The position numbers were made by a program, and so were the translations under genes. From assembly GCF_037042905.1 (NCBI RefSeq), contig NC_087251.1, positions 8,434,001-8,498,000 of the forward strand: DNA of 64,000 nt. Reading direction: 5' to 3'. Source of the DNA: Lytechinus pictus. Lineage: Eukaryota. The notes below the pieces were generated by a model. That model searched no databases. It was given only the letters and a program-made list of their open reading frames with translations, and had not been told where the DNA came from. Below are positions 50,160 through 61,921 of this stretch, one piece after another. Every line of letters begins with the position of its first letter. Position 1 is the stretch's first letter.

Positions 50160-53100
50160 AATGCTGAGCGCCTAGAATGCAGCTAGCAGTACAAGCTACA
50201 GAACTGTAAACAAACGGTACAAACCGGCTTATGAATAAGAAGAAGAAATTTGAAACTGATAAGGCCCATGTGAGAGAAGTCAACCTTTTGAATACTCTCC
50301 TAATTTTGGCTTGTTTTAACTGGATCCCTACATTTGTGTTGGTTCATTTTTATACCAAGCCTTCTAATAAGTGTTGAGGATCTTGCAGGACAAGGATTGT
50401 GCTTTCATATGTGTTATTTCGGGAGAACCAGCAACTTTTTGTTTTCTGACTCCTGTTCTCAAAGCTACATGGTAGCCATACTTGATTTTCACCATGCACA
50501 TTTACTTCACACTCCACAACTTATAGCCTGCATTCAACTTCAACTTTAAGAGGATTACCTGTGTGATTACCTCCGTGTGAACACAAACAATTCCACTCAC
50601 GGTCATTGTTATCTCTTTTTCACAATGGAGTGGTTTAAGTGTCTTCCTTTTGTCATCCTGACTTTATCTGTGTGTACTAGACTACAGGATGATCATGTAA
50701 CTCACTACTCTTGTTTTATGCATAACTCCAGTACCTTCGACAACATTAATGTGACCAAGCACTTTCGATCTCGTATACCCTACTACAGTAACACCACAGC
50801 AACTTTTCAAGTTGCTTTACTGGTTTGTGGTGATATACAGTCAAACCCAGGCCCCCCAGTCAACAACGAAAGAGAACATTGTGTAAACTCACATAGGACA
50901 ATGTTAAACTGCCGACTGCTTAATGCTCGGAGTTTGGGTAACAAACTGCAGGAATTACAAGTCTTGGCTAAAACTGAAAACTTGGATACAATTTGCATCA
51001 CCGAAACATGGTTAAACTCAGATTTTCATGATAGTGAGCTTTTAGACACGGATGCTTATCAAATCTATCGGAAAGATAGAAATCGAAATGGAGGTGGGGT
51101 ACTGTTTGCCTGTAAATCTGACTACCAGGCCACTCGACGGGAAGATTTTGAAATACCCAATTGTGAACTACTGTGGGTTCAAATTGCTATGCCAAATTCT
51201 CAAGGAAAATTGCTGTTTGGGGTATGCTATAGACCTCCATCTTCTAAGGTGCAATTTAATGAAGCTTTTGAAAACTCTCTCAATCGTGTTCTCCCATATA
51301 TTTCTTCCTACAAGGCAATTCTCTTATGTGGAGATTTTAATCTCCAGCTACCGATTACCACTTCTGAAGATGATGTACCTAATTTGAATAAAAACACAAG
51401 GGAAATAATAGACATAACCTCCTCACTTGGCATGTCTCAGTTGGTATCCTTTCCCACTCGTTCTGATTCCCTACTAGATCTTGTTTTCTGCAACGACCCC
51501 GACCTGATATCCAATATGAACCCTGGTCCACACATTGGCAATAGTGACCACGAAGCCGTTTGTTTCTCTATCAACTTTCAACATTCTAGGCAAACGCTTC
51601 CTCGTCTGTTTCATCAGTTTCACAAGGCCGACAAGGATGACTTTCAGAGGACAATAGAATGTATCCCATGGGATCTTCTTTTTGACAAAGATAATATTAA
51701 CGATACGTACGATAACTTTAAGTTACTGATCCACGCAGCTGTTAAAGATGTTGTTCCCATAGCAGTATCAAAAGGGAAACGCCGAACTCCCTGGATTACC
51801 CAAGACATTGTTAACCTCTCAAGAAAAAAGAAACGTGCGTACAGAAAAGTGAAGAGATGTAAATCTGCAAATGGAAATCCTACTGTAATCGAAAAAAACA
51901 AGAAACTCTGGACTAAATATCAAGAGATTTCTCGAGAAGTGAAGCGCACATGCAAATATTCCTACAATGACTATGTACACAACCTTGCCATCAATGCCAA
52001 CAATGATCCGAAACGGTTTTGGTCATTCGTTAAGGCGAAACGTCGAACTTCTAATGTTAACAACTTTGTTTTTAATGGTAACTCGTATGATTCTGCTGAT
52101 ATGATCGCAAAGGCGTTTAATGAGTTTTTCTGTAGCAATTTTTCTGATTGTACTGGACCTGTCGTCGATATTAATGACTTGACAAATAATTGTAATGCCC
52201 AACATGTTGGTATAACCCCTTTCTCACAAATTCAGATTGAAAATGCAGATGTTAAAAAATCAATTGAGAATCTGAAATCCTCCAAACCTCCTGGCCCAGA
52301 CGGTGTTTCCCCGGCATTTCTCAAACTTGCCGGTAACTCAGTTGTCCCCATTCTAACTCGCATTTTTAATCTCAGTTTAAATCTAGGCACTGTACCGAAT
52401 GATTGGAAAGCTGCTCATGTTATCCCTCTGCATAAGAGTGGCAAACGGTCTTCAATTAAAAATTACCGACCTATCTCACTCACTTCTGTACCATGTAAAC
52501 TCCTTGAAAAGATTATAGTGCGCAAACTAATTGATTTCTCTTTAGACCATAAAATCATCCCTGACACTCAACATGGGTTTCTACCTAAGCGGTCTTGTGC
52601 TACGCAAGCCGCGATTCTCTTTCATACTTGGGCAAAAACTTTAGATCGCACCTCACCGCCGAGAGTAGATGCAATATTTCTAGACTGGTCGAAAGCGTTC
52701 GATAAAGTGAGTCATTCGGTACTTATTTGTAAACTACATAGTTTTGGGGTATGTCAGAATGCTTTGAAATGGATCTGTTCTTTTCTTACAAACCGGGTCC
52801 AGCGTGTTCTGTTCCAAGGTAGTCAGTCGGATTGGAGTTCTGTAACCTCTGGAGTCCCCCAGGGGAGTGTCATTGGGCCTATTCTTTTTGATTTGTTTAC
52901 TGCAGACCTACCCAACTTAATTTCTGCAGGTACTTGCTTGCCCCAATATGCTGACGACACAGTGCTGTATCGTACAATATGTACCCAGAATGACACTGAA
53001 GTTCTCCAATCTGACCTTGACTCCATAATCCTCTGGTGCAATAATAATTCCATGGAACTGAATGCGTTGAAATGTAAGATAATGCACATCACTAGATCTC

Positions 53101-54725
53101 GAAAGGTTGTTACAGTTCAATACTTTGCTGGTAACCATACTCTCGATGTTGTTGATTCTTACAAATACCTTGGCTTGGTCTTTTCGCATGATTTGACTTG
53201 GTCAAAGCATGTGAATCTTGTTGTATCCAAATGTTCCAAACTGTCAGGATTCATCCGCAGGATCGTGAATTCACGAAATCCTTTCATTTTGAAACGTTTG
53301 TTCTGTTCACTTTGTCGACCTATAATTGAATACGGTATACCAGTCTGGCTACCCCATCAAAAAAACCACATATCCTCTCTTGAAGCAGTTCAACGTCGAT
53401 TCACACGTTTCTGCTTTCCTTATGATCGGGCAAATTCACTATCTTATGATGAAAGATTACACAGCTTAGAACTCCCACCATTGTATAACAGACTGGTCTA
53501 CCTATCTACCGCCTTTGTTGTAAAATCGTTGTTTAGAACTTACGACATACCTACTCATATCTTACCCAGGCCAAGAACTCGGAACTCTCACAAGTTACTC
53601 TTCATCCATGAATTCACACGATGTAATGCCCTGAAATTTTCTTGTTTCTTTTCTTTCCCCAGATTCTGGGAAGCTATCCCTTCAGAGATCAGAGATCTTT
53701 GCCTTGGTGTATCTGTGACTCCTTTCCTTAATGCTCTACGTGAACACTTATTCTCCATGCCTCCAATTGAAAATGCGTTTTAATGAGACATGCAGAGTAT
53801 TGTTTTCGTCTTGTCTCCTTTTAGACCTCTAATTTCTCTCTCTTTCCCCTTCTTCATTCGTCTTACTTTTCTCTGTTTTCTCACTCTGTGCAGGCTAAAT
53901 GGCCATGTATTTAGCCTTATATTCTTAGCTTAAATATTGTGCCCTTTTTTATGCATTTTGTTAATTACCGTACTGTTATGCAGTTATTTGCTCTTGTACT
54001 GTTCATAATGTTTATTCCTGTATGTTAGGTTATCAACTGTATTCATGGTAGTAGAATTTGCATTTTTGTATGTCATGCTTCGTCTCTTTTATTGCCTCTC
54101 TCTCTTTCTTTTCATTCTACCCCAGTTCTCTAAACTCTTTGTTCCCCATCCTCCTTCCCCTCCTCTTCTTTCTCTTCCTCTTCTTCTTTTCGCTCTTCTT
54201 CTCTCTCCCTCCCCACTTTTATCTCTTTCTCTCTCTCTGAGTATTGTATACATGCATATGACAATTATTTTGATACTATATTTTACTGTTGTGTTACTTT
54301 GTAGCATGATCATTGTTGTCACGTTCGACTATATTGCTTATTCTCTGCTTATGTAACATTGAAGTTCTCACAATATATGCAACTCCATCTCCATAGGCTT
54401 GACTATCTGATAATAACATAAAGTTGTTTATTTAAATACGTTAACACTTCATATTGACTGGATATTATAATTGCACATGGAAACAAACACTCTTTATTAT
54501 TAAGTTCTTTGTTTTATTAAGTAATGCATCTAAACATATATTGCCATTTTATCTGATTTTATTTTGTATATTTGTAAACCCCGACTAGTGAGGAGAGCTT
54601 CATAACAGAAACTAGTTTTTCTTTTAGTCATCCTCAGGCACTAGTCGGTGGTAATTTATTCCTCTTGTATATATTCTTATTGTCTTTTGCCTGGAAATAA
54701 AATAAATAAAAAATAAAATAAAAAA
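50160..54725 (+). mobile_element. Apparently intact single-ORF CR1-type non-LTR retrotransposon (5' boundary uncertain)
   Basis: Uninterrupted APE+RT ORF, ~900-bp 3'UTR with CT-rich tracts, and an (AAAT/AAAAT)n tail at ~54695-54725. No ORF1 or TSD found. Confidence 0.88.
50625..53783 (+). CDS. LINE polyprotein: hydrophobic leader, 2A-like peptide, APE endonuclease and reverse transcriptase (1052 aa from the first ATG)
   Basis: acaATGG start. APE motifs LNARSL, ITETWL, GGGV, YRPP, GDFN, LDL and SDH. RT motifs YRPISLTS, QHGF, FLDWSKAFDKV, SGVPQGS, YADD and YKYLG. CR1-like EAVQRRFTR; LLVCGDIQSNPGP near the N-terminus. Confidence 0.95.
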   Translation: MEWFKCLPFVILTLSVCTRLQDDHVTHYSCFMHNSSTFDNINVTKHFRSRIPYYSNTTATFQVALLVCGDIQSNPGPPVNNEREHCVNSHRTMLNCRLLNARSLGNKLQELQVLAKTENLDTICITETWLNSDFHDSELLDTDAYQIYRKDRNRNGGGVLFACKSDYQATRREDFEIPNCELLWVQIAMPNSQGKLLFGVCYRPPSSKVQFNEAFENSLNRVLPYISSYKAILLCGDFNLQLPITTSEDDVPNLNKNTREIIDITSSLGMSQLVSFPTRSDSLLDLVFCNDPDLISNMNPGPHIGNSDHEAVCFSINFQHSRQTLPRLFHQFHKADKDDFQRTIECIPWDLLFDKDNINDTYDNFKLLIHAAVKDVVPIAVSKGKRRTPWITQDIVNLSRKKKRAYRKVKRCKSANGNPTVIEKNKKLWTKYQEISREVKRTCKYSYNDYVHNLAINANNDPKRFWSFVKAKRRTSNVNNFVFNGNSYDSADMIAKAFNEFFCSNFSDCTGPVVDINDLTNNCNAQHVGITPFSQIQIENADVKKSIENLKSSKPPGPDGVSPAFLKLAGNSVVPILTRIFNLSLNLGTVPNDWKAAHVIPLHKSGKRSSIKNYRPISLTSVPCKLLEKIIVRKLIDFSLDHKIIPDTQHGFLPKRSCATQAAILFHTWAKTLDRTSPPRVDAIFLDWSKAFDKVSHSVLICKLHSFGVCQNALKWICSFLTNRVQRVLFQGSQSDWSSVTSGVPQGSVIGPILFDLFTADLPNLISAGTCLPQYADDTVLYRTICTQNDTEVLQSDLDSIILWCNNNSMELNALKCKIMHITRSRKVVTVQYFAGNHTLDVVDSYKYLGLVFSHDLTWSKHVNLVVSKCSKLSGFIRRIVNSRNPFILKRLFCSLCRPIIEYGIPVWLPHQKNHISSLEAVQRRFTRFCFPYDRANSLSYDERLHSLELPPLYNRLVYLSTAFVVKSLFRTYDIPTHILPRPRTRNSHKLLFIHEFTRCNALKFSCFFSFPRFWEAIPSEIRDLCLGVSVTPFLNALREHLFSMPPIENAF

Positions 54726-55274
54726 TATCGCACGCCCTCTTTAGGCAAAAATTGATATCTACGCTGATCGACGTGAAGATCAAGAAAAAAAATCGTTTAT
54801 TTATTTAAAAAAAACAGCAAAGAGAAGTCAACAAACGATCCATATGGTTCGGTAAGTGTCATAGCACAATTAGAAATCTTAGCTAGAATGTAATGTCATA
54901 GTTATTTGAGCAAAAAGGGTGTGAAAGAGTCGTGTGCACCAGGTGCATATCCTTCGCACGCGAGATGAATTGAACCCATTGGTGACGTAAACCTTGAATT
55001 ATTATGGAGTGCCATCATTGTCCTATTAGACATATTTGACTATTACCGCCAACTCGTTAGGCCTATTATCATTTTCTTTCTTTTCTACGACGTGCCCTAT
55101 AAAAATATTCCTCTCCTTCTTTCTTTGTGTTTTTTTTCTAATTATTATTATTATTATAAAGACTATCGTATCTTACAGGTTACCGCATGATCCCGTCCCT
55201 TCTTACGACCCCGTCCAGACATCGTCCTGTCTCTCAGGTGTAGACAGGGGGCTCCCTTTGGGATACTCTATATA

Positions 55275-56237
55275 CCGTAAGTAATGGACTATAAACCGCA
55301 CCCGTGTATTAACCGCACCCCCAACTTCCGGTATGCGGAAATCTGCTGTTCTTGATCAATTCATCTACAAATATTTGCAAGAAAGAAAGGTCCTGACAAT
55401 ATTGGACACTTACACACTCACTCACCTCACAGTCACAGTGTACACACACACAGCACTGCCGTTCTTGTACATTGCAAACTACTATACGGTACCAGTACAT
55501 CTTATCAAATAATGATCTGTGTCTTTCCCGCCGTAGGAGGAAGAAACATTCACATTTCTTGCATCACAAACTTACAATCACTTTTAGAATTTGTCTAGCA
55601 TTCGATGTCTTAGCATGAATTTTGGACAGGAAGGGTAAAGAAACAAAGAAATTTGCATTTTTACAGTTGTTTTGACGGCTTCGTGCTGTCTCTCTCGTTG
55701 CGTGGTGTACATGGTATCTTATGAAAAGCAAACGGGAAAGAAAAAATAAGCTGGCGCGAAACGGGACTTTGGAGGGGATCGAGGGTTAAAATGAATAGCG
55801 CAAGCTTAAGTCGCACTACAACCACAATACAACGCAAGCTAGCTCAGCTAACTCAACTCTCGCGCTCGCTCAGCTGTTACAAAATATTACAAGTATGCTT
55901 GGCTTCTCTTTGAACTTAGCCAGGGAACTTCGGTGCTTTGAATCGAGAATATAGTCGAAATTAGTGTCATGAAGGTGGGTGCGTTTGTTATAGACAATAT
56001 TTGATAAGATCGTAATAATCGCTTCTCATTACCCGCGGCTCATACCCCTCTAAACGACATTGCCCTGGGCGGCTACGCCCGGCCACTCGATGTGTTGTGA
56101 ACTGGCAGACGTCTTGTCATGTTCGGGAGGGGTTACGACGGGCTGGCTCAGACCCGTCACCGTGGATAAACCGCACCCCCGACTTTTGCTTCTATCCCGC
56201 CGAGAAAAAGGTGCGGTTAATAGACCGTTACTTACGG
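55275..56237. mobile_element. pogo/Tigger-like non-autonomous element (TA TSD)
   Basis: TA|ccgtaagtaatggactataaaccgcacc ... ggtgcggttaatagaccgttacttacgg|TA, with extra aaccgcaccc subterminal copies. Confidence 0.88.
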
Positions 56238-56944
56238 TAGTCTTGAAACTCGGAAAAGAAATAGAGAAATAAACTGTTAAAAGAATCTTTTCCCGTGAAA
56301 TGATCTCGCATATATACCAATCAAATACATGTATGTCCGTTTTGTTTTGTAAAGAAAAAAGATAAAATTTTATATGGGGAGATTCGGATGATTCAAAATT
56401 TATGGGGGCATCCAAAATGAGGGCTTTAATAAATGATATATATATATATACACACATATATACACACATGCATATGCATATCTTTTTTTCCCCCTTTCTT
56501 CCATTTCTTCATCTTTATTCTTTATCCTTTCATTTCTTCTCCTCTTCCTTCCATTCTTCTTTTTTTTCCTTCCTTTCCTTTTCCTTTCATTTTCTCTTTC
56601 TTTCCTTTGTCTTTCTTTTTTTGTCTTTTTCTTTTTTCAAAATGGATAATAAGCTCTACTAAATACAAAGAATATAACCTAGAGAGAAGAGAGATATATC
56701 TTATTCTAAAACAAACATAACAATGACCATCGTCCTATGTGGTCATCATACTCATATAAATGACATATATATATACACACATATGTATCTATATGAACAA
56801 ATAAGTAATTAGATACTAATGAAATAGATATTTTTCTCTCTTTCCTTCACGGATAAAGAAAAAAAAATTCTTTTTAGAAGCGTTTCGTTCTTTGAACGAA
56901 ACGAAACAGTGCATTTTGGACACCAATATAAGCGGTGCTATTTA

Positions 56945-57450
56945 TTTCCCCATGAAAATGGCGAGAAAATGGCGAATGTTAAGGCCGAGGATCCTGTTAG
57001 AGGAGTGAAGATACTGAAAGAAAACGGCTAATAAACGGAGAGAAAAGGGCAAGAAAATGGAGAAAAAAAGGCGAATGAGTAGTAAGGCATGCATTGCATA
57101 AAACGGAGACAAAGGGGCGAATGGGTAGTAAGGCTTGCAGGGCATAAAATGGAGAGAAAAGGGCGAGAAAACAGAGAGAAAAGGGTGAATGGGTTGCAAG
57201 GAGTGCATTGTATGAAACGGAGAGAAAATGGTGAGAAAACGGAGAGAAAAGGGCGAAAAAAACAGAAAGGAAAGGGCGAAAAAAACAGAAAGGGCGGATG
57301 GGTAGTAAGAGGTGAGAGCATGAAACGGAGAAAAAAGGGTTAGAAAAAAAATAAAAGGGCGAATAGGTAGTACGAAGTGCATTGCATAAAATGGCTAAAA
57401 AATTGTGAAAATGTGTGATATGCATTCCATAAAACAGGAAAAAGCGACTA
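56945..57450 (+). repeat. Purine-rich degenerate minisatellite (aaacggagagaaaagggcgaat..)
   Basis: Repeated aaacggagagaaaa and gggcgaatgggtagtaag words. Confidence 0.8.
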
Positions 57451-58973
57451 TAGAAAACGTAGAATATATATTTTTAACATTTCTATAAACTTAAGATTTT
57501 CTTAAGAACTCCTTTTGGAAATAAGCTCTCGTTTTCATGGGTAATATTTAGTAATAATTCTCATTTCATACATATAAAAATATTGTTATTTTACCCGGGG
57601 TAGCCACTTCAGCTCTTATGAACTATACTCCCATCGGGCCCTGCGCATAACATACCTGCTTTCTGTGGGGGGGTTGGGGTTACGCCTTCTTTCATAAATC
57701 TAATTTTCATATATGGTATAGGCCTACATTCATTGTTTTATTTCAATATTTTTGATATTTCATGTGAAATTTTATAAAATGTCAATCAGAAGAAAATAAA
57801 ATTTAATTGAATACGATTGAAACTTCATTGAATACTTTATTCTTTACTCTTATTTTCCCTTCTTCATGGGCGGGAACCCAAGGGGGACGCGTCCCTCACT
57901 TTTTGGAAAGGGGGGCATAATATCAAATCCCCCTGTACTATTTGTGGTCTTTTATGATGGAGAACACTAAATCATTCAAAGTCGAATGTAGTCAAAGAGC
58001 TTAAATTTGCCCTATTTACTAAAAATGCAAAATTTCTCGCGTGGTCGCTCCGCTCCAGCGCTCCATCTAATCTTAGAATTAACCCTATCTAGGCCGGGGT
58101 ATTTTGGGAGGTTATATGGCCGGGGAGGGGCTACCTCCCATGCCCCTCCCCCCTTGAGATCTCGGCCGCGTGATCACGCCGAAAATTGGCACGCAGTATG
58201 CGTGGGACATAATTTACAAAATTGGGTGGTTATTTATTTCATGCAAATCGCTATAAGTAATTATGCTAATTCATGCGTAATTAGTATGCAAAATCATACT
58301 TTTCCCTCCAACTCCCATAATAAAGCTCAGAATGTTCTATTTTTTGGTATAAAACTCTTTGTGGTGATCATATCAAGTGTACGGTACATGAAAAAAATTG
58401 CGATATCAGATCAATGACTTTTAAATGTATTACAAATTTAATCATGAACCAATAAAAACATCCTTCGAATAAACTGGCATGAAGGGAGGGGCACATCCCA
58501 GAATCTTTGTGGAAGTGAGGTATTTTATACAAATATATACAGGCATACCCTCTACTTCTAGTTAAGTGTACGATGAGTTACTGATGACATTGACCGAATC
58601 AATGTCGTTAATGAAACACAGAGGCAAGTAAAGGCAGCAATATTAATTCCCACACACTTAACAATTTATTTCATCCGTTTATTATACTTATAGGGCACTG
58701 TAAATCACATCCTATAATAAATATTTCATTTATGAATTTTTGGCTCAGAATTGTTATGTTGCATCTTTCTCCAGTGGTTCTCTATTGCGCTTTCTGTCCT
58801 TTCATCTACGAACACACTGACCCCTCCTAAAAACTTCACCCCGGTATGCACTTGCCTCCCACTTGGTATTTAGGCATTTTATGTTAATTCAGATACTCAC
58901 ATGATAATGCATCTCAATGCATTTTTTCATGTTCCTGATGCTGCAGTCACATTTTCCCTACCGCGGCGTATGG

Positions 58974-59781
58974 AGGGACAGTGATTTTCCATTTCAAAAA
59001 ATTGCCTTTCCCGTTTCAGAAAATCTCAAATTCCGTTTCAGCTTGTCAGAAAACGGAAATTCCGTTTCTCCATAGACTTTGTGTACATAAAAAAATGGGA
59101 ATTCCGTTTACCCATTGAATAGCAATATCACACTCGCACTAGTCAAAACTTGTATCTGCCACTGTACCAGCAATGCAATAGAATCCGTTCTAATCGGATC
59201 TATGCGGGTACACAAAATATTTTGACAAACATATTTAACATAACTACATCCTCACCTTCCGAATTAATAGCATTATTTTACGATTAAATGAAATTTTATC
59301 GATAATTTGGGGGGTTTTTGGACATTGTTTCCAGCAGTCAACGAGTTTCGCCTACATGTATCCGCCATTTTGGATTTTAAGACTGTTACATCTTTGAATG
59401 TAGAGGGCAGCAACACATGACCGTGTTGTTGAAATCAAGTGTGTGCATGTGAATGTTTACGATAAGCCCAATACAACCCCGCCCAGGCTGGCGCCGGGTA
59501 CAGGCGGCGAGTGGTTCGATTGAGTGAGATGAAGTCGAGTGCAGTCACGATGTGTGAATTGTCATGATTGTATCGAAGTGAGATCGTGTTTTCTTGGGTT
59601 TTGTGGCCATTTAATATTCATATTTTGTTGAGATTTTGAGTAATTTCTATTGCTGTTCTGTGTATTTTGAGAAAAAATATGTTTTCTGTGATTTTCCGTT
59701 TGAAATGCCACTTTCCGTTTCAAAATGCCCTTTCCGTGATTTCCTAGCGTTTTCCGCGATCGCGGAAAATCACTGTCCCTA
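58974..59781. mobile_element. (T)AGGG..CCCTA MITE with a 7-bp TSD; family with three copies in the window
   Basis: agggacagtgattttcc / ggaaaatcactgtcccta; cgtatgg at 58967-73 and 59782-88. Homologous to ~6955-8280 and, reversed, to ~48790-49353. Confidence 0.85.
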
Positions 59782-60580
59782 CGTATGGCGAGTCGAAAAC
59801 AGCCGGCCGTTTTATTAATGTGTAGGTGGTATAAAAAAGTCTTAACGGACGTTTTTGACCCGCCGTAAGGGAAATGTGACTGGGCCATTGGTCATGTACA
59901 TGTAAGTAGTATCCAACATAGATATATAATATGTACACCACTTCGATATACTTTAATTACTTGGGAGAGGCATACATCATGCAGCCTCCATGATGACATG
60001 AACTGGTTCTCGTTGGTATATTGGTCAAAACTGTGTTTTATAGTGTTAAAGACCCCAATGCACTTGAGCTACTTCGTTTTATTTAGGAAAGATAACTCTT
60101 AAAATCTATAACAGAAGCTTTGGAGTGAACGCCCTAGCTGTAGCGACTTGAATGGAATCAATTAATTACACCGTCTCGCACGTTTTGTGGACAATGGATG
60201 AAGGCGTGAAAATTGCAGTTAACACCTAACAATAGGAAGAATCTGTTTCAACTTAAGTTACGTAATGATCTCTTATGATCTCTCGTTGCGTTTCTTCAAC
60301 CCGGATGAATCCCCCAAACCACATTGTCCAATCACGGACCTACTACAATAGTCAGCGTTTGTGAAAACGGAATGATGATGGAGGATGATAGTGGTATTTG
60401 TGATGTTAATAATGATGGTGGTGATAATGAAGGGGGATGAAGAGGAAGAAGAGGACGAGAATGGTGTGGTGGTGGTGGTGCCCCGGTAGTTGTGTGCATG
60501 TCTCCTCCAAGAGAGCCTGTACACAGCTTGCACGCAACTGAACACTAAACAAAGTCAAAGCAATTAAACAATGCATGTAT

Positions 60581-61445
60581 CAGGGATGCCAGAGTTCCGG
60601 CTATAGCCGGAATTCCGGCTTTTTCATTTTGTTTAACTTGAGTTCCGGCTGGTCAAGTTTTCTCAGGCCGGACAGAACTGTCAACGGCCAGATCCGGCCG
60701 TTCAATGAGATGTCTTTGCTCCGTACGGCTGTTATATGTACCTAAGCTATTGTGCAAGAAAAAATCCTGTGATATAATGGAATTAGACTCGTACGAGCCG
60801 GTCAGTTAAACGCTTGTTTTAATCAAGGTTTTTTGTGCGTGTGTGTGTATATGGTCGCATTTTGCTAGACTGCGCTGTATGTATGTGATTGATGGTGACT
60901 GATTGCCGTACATTATAACGTGTATGGATTCTGAACTTAACTTTGAATTTTGATAAAACGACTGTATTTGCCTATACCGGCCGTACACGGTGTCTTCGCG
61001 CTCCCGTTCAATTCACGTTGTTCTACTGAGCTGATTCTCCGTTTCGATAGTGGATTTAATCATAATTTTTCAACAAGTGTGGATGTTGAAAGAGGAAGCA
61101 ACATTAAACAAATAAACAGTGGAATCAAGAACAAATTCCAGTGGAAGTGGTTGAAGAACAAAGACAATAGTGGAACGTTTCTCTCGGATTATTTTGCATG
61201 AATTAATTGTAAGTTGAGGCTCTGCAACATAAAAAAATGCCCAAAACTGGAGCTAAATTTTTGGAAAATGATCCCTAAAATAGGCTCAGATTGCATCAGA
61301 GACCATTTAGAACCCTAGAGCTTCCAGGGCCCTTGGGCGGGCCCCGGCCGAATGGGACTTCGCGCTCGTCATGTGCGCTTTGCGCACATAATTTCCCTTC
61401 CAAAAAAAGTTCAGGCCCTGGGACCATTTGCCACTGGCATCCCTG
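60581..61445 (+). mobile_element. hAT-like deletion derivative with a 6-bp TSD and a possible transposase N-terminal remnant
   Basis: cagggatgccag / ctggcatccctg; atgtat on both flanks; subterminal ttccggct repeats; internal peptide VERGSNIKQINSGIKNKFQWKWLKNKDNSGTFLSDYF. Confidence 0.8.
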
Positions 61446-61530
61446 ATGTATACCTGTTCCATTACTGAATTTCTAAGTTAAACGGAATTGTCGAGGAGAC
61501 AATTTCCGAACTCCTTTATGCAGCATCTAA

Positions 61531-61921
61531 TACCCCTTTCATAAACCCAATAAAACACAATTATGCGGCTAATAGCAGCATAATTTTGTCGTAAAATCAG
61601 AGGAGGACAAGAGTTATCCGCATTATTCTGATGCTGCTATTATCCGCATAATAGCGGCATCGGGACAAGATTTTGAGTTTATGAACGTATTTCCAAATAA
61701 TGCGGATAATTGCCATGGTGCGGTCACAAGGTCACCCTTTTCCAACACAACCGCATTGGAGGGGGCGTGTCCAGTTGTCATGACGATTATCCGCCTTTTT
61801 CAGGACGGGCGCTCGTAAAAATAATTTATGGAGTTTGTGAACGCAATTTTTATTGAATTATCCGCATTACTCTTAGGCGGCTAATTGGAGGATATGTTTT
61901 ATTGGGTTTATGAAAGGGGTA
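61531..61921. mobile_element. PIF/Harbinger-type MITE (TAA TSD)
   Basis: TAA|tacccctttcataaacccaataaaac ... gttttattgggtttatgaaaggggta|TAA; internal ttatccgcat repeats. Confidence 0.88.

Noticed and set aside
50577..50624. ORF-track start at 50577
   Set aside because: It is a GTG; in a eukaryote the ATG at 50625, in good Kozak context, is the likelier start.
54045..57425. Several 80-146-aa F/L/S-rich or K/R-rich ORFs
   Set aside because: They arise from CT-rich tracts and minisatellites that lack stops by composition.
60273..60545. Low-complexity ORFs over the gat/ggt/gaa-rich tract
   Set aside because: Trinucleotide-like composition, stops in the plausible frames, and no recognisable domain or splice pair.
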